A stretch of DNA of 64,000 nucleotides from an uncultured virus (IMG/VR IMGVR_UViG_3300042295_000410) (taxonomy: Duplodnaviria; Heunggongvirae; Uroviricota; Caudoviricetes). A program made the position numbers and the translations under genes. Of the stretch, positions 7,792 through 15,311 are shown piece by piece (position 1 is the first letter of the stretch; every line of letters begins with the position of its first letter). Location: the IMG/VR virus record IMGVR_UViG_3300042295_000410; one strand, given 5' to 3'. The notes under the pieces were generated by a model, which had not been told where the DNA came from, did no database searches, and saw only the letters and a list, made by a program, of their open reading frames with translations.

Positions 7792-8148
7792 TTATTCAAC
7801 GCCCACAGACACATCGACCTCAATATCTGTAACGTCGCCAGCGAGATCGTACTTAATACCCGTCACAGCCGCGCCGTAGTTGACCTGCTTGAGACGCTCT
7901 CTGATCATGCTTTCGAGGTCGCCCATCATATCGCCAATGAAGTCAGTGGCGCTGTCTTTAACGCCACGCAGGGTTTCGTTGATCCCATTGCGCGACATGT
8001 CCTCTTGCCCGTCCATGATCATCTCAATGAAAGCTTCTGTCTGGCTGATCAGTACTTGCTCTACAACGGCATTGACCAGTTCGCGCTTGCCAAACAACAA
8101 CTCAACGGCCTTAAAGGTCTGCTCACCTGCTTTATACACTACAGTCAT
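7792..8148 (-). CDS. hypothetical protein
   Basis: AGGAG SD; promoter. Confidence 0.8.
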   Translation of the reverse strand: MTVVYKAGEQTFKAVELLFGKRELVNAVVEQVLISQTEAFIEMIMDGQEDMSRNGINETLRGVKDSATDFIGDMMGDLESMIRERLKQVNYGAAVTGIKYDLAGDVTDIEVDVSVGVE

Positions 8149-8199
8149 CGTCTTCTCCTGTTAAACAAGTATGTATTATAACACGGTTTTACCAAAGTG

Positions 8200-8472
8200 T
8201 CAAGCGGTTTCTAACATATTTGCAGGCACCCTCCACAGGCCCTGGTTAGTACGAACTGTTACGTATTTGATCGCGATCTTGTCTACGACACCCTGCATAG
8301 TGATGCCTGTTTTAGTGCTAGTGAACTTCACAGCACTGCCCAGCGTGACAGAGCGTTTGGTCTTCTCTGCAAGGCGTGCTCGGGCAAATTTCACAGCGTC
8401 GATGATGCTGGTCAGTTGATCGTTAGTGAAGTTGCCTGCAAGAATCTCATTGTTGATAGATTGAACGGACAT
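8200..8472 (-). CDS. hypothetical protein with SH3-like C-terminal half
   Basis: AAGGAG SD; G.V.KI..KYV.V.....WRV pattern. Confidence 0.8.
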   Translation of the reverse strand: MSVQSINNEILAGNFTNDQLTSIIDAVKFARARLAEKTKRSVTLGSAVKFTSTKTGITMQGVVDKIAIKYVTVRTNQGLWRVPANMLETA

Positions 8473-8499
8473 ATCAGCTCCTTTGTGTGTAAGTGTATA

Positions 8500-8664
8500 T
8501 TATACGGTAAAACCGATAACCTTGTCAACCATTGGGTTTTTGCGAGCCACAGCCCGCCATGCCCGATTGGCCTTGGTCCATTGTTCGTGATTGGTGGTAA
8601 AGCCCGGGAATCGATCCTTGGCCCAGATCACAAAGTTCAAACGTTCAATTTCGTTCTTCATCAC
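8500..8664 (-). CDS. hypothetical protein
   Basis: GTGA overlap with upstream gene; GGAG SD. Confidence 0.65.
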   Translation of the reverse strand: MMKNEIERLNFVIWAKDRFPGFTTNHEQWTKANRAWRAVARKNPMVDKVIGFTV

Positions 8665-8939
8665 ATGCTCCAGTAGAGTTCGCTTGACGGATCGCAACTG
8701 CGGGGAGTGTCGTGTGCGATCTCAACCATTGCCCCAGTCATCAAGTTCTTAACAGTCTTCATGCTGGGAGTCCAGTCGAAGCGGAAGCCGTCTTCTGGCC
8801 TGTACAAATGGAACAAGTCCGCTACAGTGCGGCGCATGGCATTGTCATCCGCTACGGGCCAAACTGTAGTAGAGAACAAGCGCTCTCCGGTCTTTGTACG
8901 ACGATCTGCTTTGTAGATGTATAGTGTATAACTCATCAT
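8661..8939 (-). CDS. hypothetical protein (TP.SCDPSSE.YWSM C-terminal motif)
   Basis: AAGGAG SD; promoter. Confidence 0.85.
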   Translation of the reverse strand: MMSYTLYIYKADRRTKTGERLFSTTVWPVADDNAMRRTVADLFHLYRPEDGFRFDWTPSMKTVKNLMTGAMVEIAHDTPRSCDPSSELYWSM

Positions 8940-9010
8940 TGCTCCTTAGTGTGTAAGTGTCAATTATAACACGGTTTTACCAACTTGTCAAGTGTTACTT
9001 GAAGTGACAC

Positions 9011-9349
9011 TTAGTCCCCACGAACGTCTGTATTTAAAACAGGCTTAACCATTCTGCGGATCTCTACTTCACGCTTGTGGGCTTCTGCCTTGCCTCGTAT
9101 AACTTCATGCACGTATACTTCAATCTCGCTCTTGTCGCTCAGTGTGCGCAACTCAGCACAGAGCAGCCAGTTCTTAGTCTCAGTCTTGGCACGATAGAAG
9201 TGTTTAGCGGCACGACTCAAAACACTCTTGTTCACAGTGCTCTCTGTCTTAGCTGTGACGCCAATGTAGTTCTTGCCGTTGACCACAAGCTCATAGATGA
9301 TATGATTGCGGTCTACACGCTTCTTACGGGTTACTGTTTGTGTCGTCAT
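9011..9349 (-). CDS. GIY-YIG-like nuclease domain protein
   Basis: IIY(x8)YIG motif, conserved Arg and C-terminal E...LN; leaderless start. Confidence 0.65.
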   Translation of the reverse strand: MTTQTVTRKKRVDRNHIIYELVVNGKNYIGVTAKTESTVNKSVLSRAAKHFYRAKTETKNWLLCAELRTLSDKSEIEVYVHEVIRGKAEAHKREVEIRRMVKPVLNTDVRGD

Positions 9350-9476
9350 AGTGTATTATAGCAAGGTTTTACCAATCAGTCAACCAAAGACCCTCCAAAT
9401 GATCTGTGTTCAAAATACAACAAGACAGGCACTCCAAAAGATGCTATAATACATACTTAAACAACAAAGGAAGCAC

Positions 9477-9728
9477 ATGTCAAAAGTATACACTGCAAAC
9501 ACTGCAAAAGCTAAAATTGTATATAATAAAGAAAAAGAAGTATATACTATTATCTGCGCTTTTAATGTTACAGAACAAACAGATAAAGGTGCTTGGAAGT
9601 TTCCCACTCGTGCTAAATGCGATTTTGTTAGCGGAGATTTTGTTTGGGAAACTATACAAAAAGATAAAGAGCGTATTATCTCTACTGCAAAACAAACTAT
9701 GCGTACAGATAATATTGAGTTTGTTTAA
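9477..9728 (+). CDS. hypothetical protein, the only plus-strand early gene
   Basis: Promoter AAGACA-N17-TATAAT at 9422-9450 with extended -10; AAAGGA SD. Confidence 0.8.
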   Translation: MSKVYTANTAKAKIVYNKEKEVYTIICAFNVTEQTDKGAWKFPTRAKCDFVSGDFVWETIQKDKERIISTAKQTMRTDNIEFV

Positions 9729-9826
9729 AAGATAATCCAGATAATCAGTTATTGATTATCTACATAATAGACTATACTGTATATAGTGAGATAATACTCC
9801 AATATACCAGTATAGTCATTATATAT

Positions 9827-10041
9827 CCCGTATATACGCAAGTGTCATTATACGGGCCCGCAGACCTTGTTCCTGCTCAATGAGCTAGACTTTGCCGCTT
9901 ACCACATTCCGGCCGGTCTTTCACTGTATAGTACACAGGTCTAGGACTTCTGCTCATGTACTTGGTCCCCACTCCCATCCGGTAAGCGACTGTGGTTAAG
10001 CTCATACACTACCTATACAGTTACGGTTTTCTCTACTGTAT
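9827..10041 (-). ncRNA. candidate structured non-coding RNA, ~210 nt
   Basis: Promoter TTGCCC-N17-TATACT at 10048-10076; nested stems, possible pseudoknot and 3' hairpin. Confidence 0.6.
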
Positions 10042-10336
10042 GCGTATAGTATAACATCATTAGCTAGTTTGGGCAACTGTGGGGCTGAAAAACCCTGCTA
10101 ATAACCGGTGTATTTCCAGCATTTCTGTGGCGAAAATGCCACTTTTCCAGCATAAGATGCTGTGGTTTGGCTGTGGATTCACCGTGATTTCTAGGGTGCG
10201 GGCTGTGGTGGGGCCATGGTGAAGAGAGGTTATCGTAAAATGGTTTTCACCGTTCTTCCTCAGGTTCTCTCAGGTTCTCCCACCGCCAATCATTGTAGAA
10301 GTTTGAGTTCTCTTTACTGTGTGAGGGGCCTCTTAT

Positions 10337-10471
10337 AGCGGGGTATTTGACTATGTGTATATACGCTGTATGACTAATCCCCAATAGACCTACAGCGGGG
10401 TATTTGACTATGTGTATATATAAGAATCCCGCTATAACGTATTAGGCTGTAGCGGGGTATTTGGGTGTATA
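10337..10471. repeat. three direct copies of AGCGGGGTATTTG (two extend to ACTATGTGTATATA) plus one inverted partial copy
   Basis: Copies near 10338, 10394 and 10451; inverted CCCCGCTA near 10428. Confidence 0.85.
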
Positions 10472-10497
10472 CAGTGTAGTGTATATATACTGTGTGT

Positions 10498-11229
10498 TTA
10501 GAACTTAATCCATGTCCAGTCCATACCGTGTACAGGTGTTAGTCCCACATGACTTCTTGGTATAAAGTATTTGTCCGTTTTGATCTTTAATTGATCAACT
10601 AGATTACTATACACACTGTCGACCATTACTAGACTTTCTGCGCCTTCTATGATCTTTAGCCAGTCGAAGATGCTGTCAGTTTCCGCTTTGATATACACTG
10701 TTTGCCAGTCGCTGGGTATTATACTGGGATCGAAGTTGGCCGTGTGATCGCTGCCTTCTAGATGTACTACTGCGTATTTTTCATTGGTAATGATCTTGTC
10801 ATATAGACGTTGTTCTCTTTGTGCATCACGCTGAATACACTCGCTAAGTTTCCACTTGTTTAAGAATGGTACGCCCGCTTTGATGTACTTGTATTGATCA
10901 AACTTGGTCTGTTGAAAGTACAGTTCTTCGTGGAATTTATGGCCCGTCAGTGCTTGATACAGGGGGATGATCTCGTCACAATGAAAGTTCTTCAGGGCCT
11001 TCATGGGTTGGTCGTAGAAGAAACTGCCCGGGTCTGTCTGCACTGGAATCCATTTGATCCAGGGTACTGTGTGTTCAAAGTGCGAGATGAATTCTGTACA
11101 TATGGGCCACAGAATATCCCAGCCTTGATCGTGATAAAATTTAGCTATGGGCAGAGCTATCACTATGTCGCCTAGACCTCTTGATTGTACTATGCCCAGT
11201 TTGGGTCTACGTGGAGATTTTGCTGTCAT
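10498..11229 (-). CDS. glycosyltransferase, GT9/heptosyltransferase-like
   Basis: GLGDIVIALP N-terminal motif and ..VMVDS C-terminal motif. Confidence 0.65.
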   Translation of the reverse strand: MTAKSPRRPKLGIVQSRGLGDIVIALPIAKFYHDQGWDILWPICTEFISHFEHTVPWIKWIPVQTDPGSFFYDQPMKALKNFHCDEIIPLYQALTGHKFHEELYFQQTKFDQYKYIKAGVPFLNKWKLSECIQRDAQREQRLYDKIITNEKYAVVHLEGSDHTANFDPSIIPSDWQTVYIKAETDSIFDWLKIIEGAESLVMVDSVYSNLVDQLKIKTDKYFIPRSHVGLTPVHGMDWTWIKF

Positions 11230-11237
11230 ATTGTTGA

Positions 11238-11996
11238 TTAAAAGTATTCGCCGCGGGGATGATCCGGGAACCAGCATTCATTGCGTTCCTGTGGTAGATC
11301 TCTGCGTAGTTCACAGGCCCAGTCCGCTCCCAGTCCTATGGCCAGACTCAAACCTAGGCTTTGATTGCCCACGAACTGATCCGCACCCGCAATGACTTCA
11401 GCCAACTCCAGTAGGGTCTCTGTGGGATGATAGGGTATGGCCCAGTTGGCAAACTTACAGAACTCTTGATGCTCTTCGGGTAGACCCACAAACACAGCTC
11501 GATCTTCTGCTTGATCACGAATGGCTGTCCAACCTGTTAGACTGTCGGGACTGTTCCAACGAGCGGACCTGTTGACCACTATTTCCGCAATGGGCGTGGG
11601 CTTGGGCACGGTGAGCCAGGGTTGATTGCGTAAAATTGTGCGCAGACCCGGCTCTCGGATCTTGAATGCTTCTGCGTAGCAGTCCACATAGTTGCCCGGG
11701 TGACCCACGAACAAGGGTCTGAATAGATCCAAATTGTGCGTGATTTCCTCTTTGGGATCCAGTGCATCACAGCGTGTGATGTAGTCCTGGGCCAGGAAAA
11801 AGCTCTGCATGAAGTCTAGATCTTTTGGGGTCATGCGACCCTGATGGAATGGGTTTGGGGGGCTACCGTAGTAGTGTTGACCTATCCAGTCAACTTGATT
11901 GAGGTGTAGATAAAATTCTCCACCGCCAAAGTGACGCATTATGGGCAGAGCATATATGATGTCGCCCATGGTACCTGAATGTTTGTATCGTTTCAT
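11238..11996 (-). CDS. glycosyltransferase, GT9-like
   Basis: GTMGDIIYALP; LLELAEVIAGADQFVGNQS...LA. Confidence 0.7.
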   Translation of the reverse strand: MKRYKHSGTMGDIIYALPIMRHFGGGEFYLHLNQVDWIGQHYYGSPPNPFHQGRMTPKDLDFMQSFFLAQDYITRCDALDPKEEITHNLDLFRPLFVGHPGNYVDCYAEAFKIREPGLRTILRNQPWLTVPKPTPIAEIVVNRSARWNSPDSLTGWTAIRDQAEDRAVFVGLPEEHQEFCKFANWAIPYHPTETLLELAEVIAGADQFVGNQSLGLSLAIGLGADWACELRRDLPQERNECWFPDHPRGEYF

Positions 11997-12071
11997 AATG
12001 TTAGTATTTAATCTAAGCTGATTTGTCAATGTCGAGATCAAGGATAAATATCACACTATTGTAACATCATT

Positions 12072-12899
12072 ATGACCTATCCACTATATTCCAGTCCATT
12101 GACTCTAATCCAGATCGACGACTACAACACCATCTACAACAATGTGGAAGAAATTCTGGGCACGGGCATAGATGGCTATGGGTTGACCTGGCTGAACAGT
12201 GTGCCCGTGACCAATCGCAACAGGGTCACAGCCCAGGGTTGGCATAACTTGATTGCTGACATTAATCAAATACATCTTCACGTACTAAACGTCACTACAT
12301 CAACAGTGGGCCCCACAACAGGCACTACCCTGGTCTCCACAGCCACACATAATGATCTACACTACAGAGCTCTTTGGCTCTTGGACGATGTGCGTCGGTA
12401 CACTTGCCATCCTAGCCAGTACTTCTCAGATGGTGGTAATACTATAGATCGCACAGGCGCTGTGACCACAAGCCCTTATAGAGGGGGTGTTAGTACCAGT
12501 ACAACTACATCATGGGTTGGGGAAATCAGCCATGTGGTCACGGCCAGTTGGACTACTAGCCTGCTAGGTCACTATTTCTTTAACACTGGGGGTGAGTTTG
12601 TTTGGAGCAGTTTCTACGATGACACCACGGGGGTCAACGATCTAGATCAGGAGTGGGCTGCATTTATACTCTATATACAGGATACCCAGAACTGGAAATA
12701 TACCAGAACACAGTGGCGCGACACAGCCTGGCCCACTACCAGTACCTACTGGACCAGTGGTACCCTGCAGATCAGCATGGTAGCACAAAAGGACGTTAAC
12801 ACCGGCAAGGGTGTGGAATTTACCATAACCTATACAGATACCACGGCTCCTGGCTTTATCATCACGCCCAAGACCCATTTTGAGAACATCGTACTATAA
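12072..12899 (+). CDS. putative virion structural protein
   Basis: Thr-rich; GYG...W..L..DI and YFFNTGGE motifs; TAAATA upstream. Confidence 0.6.
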   Translation: MTYPLYSSPLTLIQIDDYNTIYNNVEEILGTGIDGYGLTWLNSVPVTNRNRVTAQGWHNLIADINQIHLHVLNVTTSTVGPTTGTTLVSTATHNDLHYRALWLLDDVRRYTCHPSQYFSDGGNTIDRTGAVTTSPYRGGVSTSTTTSWVGEISHVVTASWTTSLLGHYFFNTGGEFVWSSFYDDTTGVNDLDQEWAAFILYIQDTQNWKYTRTQWRDTAWPTTSTYWTSGTLQISMVAQKDVNTGKGVEFTITYTDTTAPGFIITPKTHFENIVL

Positions 12900-12914
12900 A
12901 AGAGAACAACATAT

Positions 12915-13739
12915 ATGGCAGCGGGAAACTTTAAACTATACAACAACAGTGCAAACACCATCACTGTTACCACATTCTCTTTTACAATTGACAACACTAA
13001 GATACTGCAACACGCGAATCTCACAGTATTTGGAGAGGGCAGTGACATTACCACAACGCCCATTACCCTGGCTAGTCCGTTGGTGTTGCCCCCACGTACA
13101 TACAGTTCTGAATTTACCACATTCCATACTTCGGCCACACTGGTCACAGGTGACTATCTCAGTGTTTTAACAGTGTCTGGTCAGTACCCGGACGCTAGTT
13201 CAACTACTACATCAGAGACCACAACAGTGCGTATTTCTGGAACATCGCAGCCAGACCCAGAAGTTCCTTACACACCTACAGGTGACGGCGGTGGTGGCGG
13301 TGGTGTTTCTTGTGCTGACAGCAACAGTAGTAGTTGCTCGGCCAGCGGCAGCGGCAGCGGCAGCGCCGGTGCTTGCGTAGTAGCAACAGCGTTGACTACC
13401 GCTGGCACTTGGTCTTTATCTGAAAAAATGGAATTAGTAAAGTGGTGCGAAAATGCTTTACATGATACAATGTTAGGTGAAACATTTCGACGCGGTTATC
13501 AGGTTATTGGATCAAAAATCATTCTTCCTTTATTGTTTAAAAACGGAACAAGGTGGACATCTAAATATGTAGAATGGTCATTTACTAATGCTACAAATAT
13601 GTTACGCGGTAACAGATTTAATAAATTATCTATACCAAATAGTGTTGTTTGGTTAGCGGCAATGACTGTAACTGGTGCTGTTGTAAGTAAAAGATATGCA
13701 AGAAAATCGTGGATATCCTTATATAGGAAAAACAAATAA
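12915..13739 (+). CDS. putative virion protein with Gly/Ser linker and ACVVATAL-initiated C-terminal domain
   Basis: Beta-rich N-terminus, GGGGGG..SGSGSG linker, basic and hydrophobic C-terminal domain. Confidence 0.6.
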   Translation: MAAGNFKLYNNSANTITVTTFSFTIDNTKILQHANLTVFGEGSDITTTPITLASPLVLPPRTYSSEFTTFHTSATLVTGDYLSVLTVSGQYPDASSTTTSETTTVRISGTSQPDPEVPYTPTGDGGGGGGVSCADSNSSSCSASGSGSGSAGACVVATALTTAGTWSLSEKMELVKWCENALHDTMLGETFRRGYQVIGSKIILPLLFKNGTRWTSKYVEWSFTNATNMLRGNRFNKLSIPNSVVWLAAMTVTGAVVSKRYARKSWISLYRKNK

Positions 13740-13742
13740 GTC

Positions 13743-15272
13743 ATGGCAAATAATTTTGATACTAATCTAAGAATTACCAGTTCACTCGGATTTAGAATAT
13801 CTGGTGGCGCTGTTAAAGGCCCAGTTCCAACATTAGAGACACTGAAATATCTATGGGAACCAGTTAAGAGGGCACCTACGGCTGTTACTCAAACAAAGAT
13901 ATTACGAGTAACACCTAATCCCGTTCCTACCTTTGTATTTCCACCAGCTTCGACCAGTACCACAGATCTTGTTTTGCAAAATCCAACTAACTGGGCAGAT
14001 TTGTTAAAATGGTACAGTACTGCTACACGACAGACTCTTACCCTACATAATGACGGAAATACTCCTTTGACCGTAGGAGACACTGATGGTAATGGTATTA
14101 AACGATCTTTTCCTAACGGAGTCTTTCCAATATTTCATACTACCAGTTCCTTTGTTATCCCTCCGGGCGGCAGTCAAAACTTTATTATCTCTTATTATGG
14201 AACTGAAGTAGGTCAATATTCTAATTTCTTAAATATTGTTTCTGATTTTGATGCTGTAAACTATAAGATACCTACATTTCAAAATGTAGAACGTACCTTT
14301 AGTATGCGTGTAAGTCCCATCACTGCAACTACCACGGCAACACAGCTAGGAGAACAAGTACGTCAAAGTTTTGAAATTATGCCCGTATATGATCTAATTG
14401 ATCAGCCAGATGTACTATTAGATTTTACTACATCGTTTGGAAACAACAACCCAGGATGGAGCATCGTTGATAAAGCCAACAATACCTTTACTGTAAGATT
14501 GCGTGTGCTAGAGCTAAACAACACACCCGGAACCTATACTAACAATGTAACTATTGCATCTGAAGGCGGTGTTGGAATTAACTCTGTAGTCACAGTCACT
14601 AACATAGTTAATGTAGCTATTGACCTTTCGAGATTTGAATCCTTGGGTTATTGGGTAAGTCCTGCTGCACCGTATAACAGTGTTATAGGAATGAGTTACG
14701 ACAAGATTGATCAAGTTAAAGTTCTTACCATAGGTGTAGGTACAGGTGGAGATGGCACAGATTTATATGGTGCTGGTGGTCAAGTCTTTACAGCAACCAG
14801 CACATTGGGCTATCTTGCCACAGCTACAGACTATCCGTATAGTGGATGGGCCACTGTATATAGATTCCCGTTATCGTCTACTGGACCTGTACAGCATCTC
14901 AGTAGCGCCACAAATAGTGACGGCCTGCCACTGTATAAGGTAAAGAGTACACCAGGATTGGACTACGAAACATCTTTTGGTTTAGAATCTTCTGTAGGAT
15001 CTATGTTCATTGTCAATGACGACGGCAACGGAAACGTTAATGTTTCATTAAATCAGTTGAGGGACATATCGGATCTTAACAGTGATTTTGATACAACACT
15101 AAAAAATCTAACTAGAGCATTCCATTATTATTCGAATGTTGATACTCCGCCTAGGTATTACCAGTTAGACTCCGGCGCTATACTTGATGGAACAGTGACA
15201 CGTAAATTTATAGGATTTGACAATTCGGGTACAGTACTGACCAGCATTGTGTCGCTGCCTAAGAGTTTCTAA
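13743..15272 (+). CDS. putative virion protein with Ig/ASH-like domains
   Basis: LHNDGNTPLTV...IPPGGSQ.F.I.Y pattern. Confidence 0.6.
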   Translation: MANNFDTNLRITSSLGFRISGGAVKGPVPTLETLKYLWEPVKRAPTAVTQTKILRVTPNPVPTFVFPPASTSTTDLVLQNPTNWADLLKWYSTATRQTLTLHNDGNTPLTVGDTDGNGIKRSFPNGVFPIFHTTSSFVIPPGGSQNFIISYYGTEVGQYSNFLNIVSDFDAVNYKIPTFQNVERTFSMRVSPITATTTATQLGEQVRQSFEIMPVYDLIDQPDVLLDFTTSFGNNNPGWSIVDKANNTFTVRLRVLELNNTPGTYTNNVTIASEGGVGINSVVTVTNIVNVAIDLSRFESLGYWVSPAAPYNSVIGMSYDKIDQVKVLTIGVGTGGDGTDLYGAGGQVFTATSTLGYLATATDYPYSGWATVYRFPLSSTGPVQHLSSATNSDGLPLYKVKSTPGLDYETSFGLESSVGSMFIVNDDGNGNVNVSLNQLRDISDLNSDFDTTLKNLTRAFHYYSNVDTPPRYYQLDSGAILDGTVTRKFIGFDNSGTVLTSIVSLPKSF

Positions 15273-15311
15273 AAGATTCGGAAGCATTCTCTACTAAGAT
15301 AATTAGTAGTA

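Larger units (their letters stand above)
170..9383 (-). promoter_or_regulatory. array of 20 sigma70-type early promoters (TTGACA-N17-TATAAT, most with extended -10 TG)
   Basis: -10..-35 spans at 170-198, 555-583, 972-1000, 1590-1618, 1787-1815, 2245-2273, 3050-3078, 3696-3724, 4048-4076, 4382-4410, 4811-4839, 5283-5311, 5543-5571, 6645-6673, 6861-6889, 7755-7783, 8175-8203, 8499-8528 (18 bp spacer), 8963-8991, 9355-9383. Confidence 0.92.

Noticed and set aside
530..9360. CRISPR array or integron attC sites from the recurring ~29-nt block
   Set aside because: The repeats are promoter, leader and SD sequence separated by whole genes at irregular spacing; no cas or integrase gene and no attC palindrome
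645..9361. Plus-strand ORFs in the early region (e.g. 2537-3298, 3745-4497, 7049-7516)
   Set aside because: Antisense shadows of minus-strand genes that have promoters and SDs
10077..10208. Chi sites
   Set aside because: The repeat is GCTGTGG or CTGTGG, not the E. coli Chi GCTGGTGG, and the host's Chi sequence is unknown
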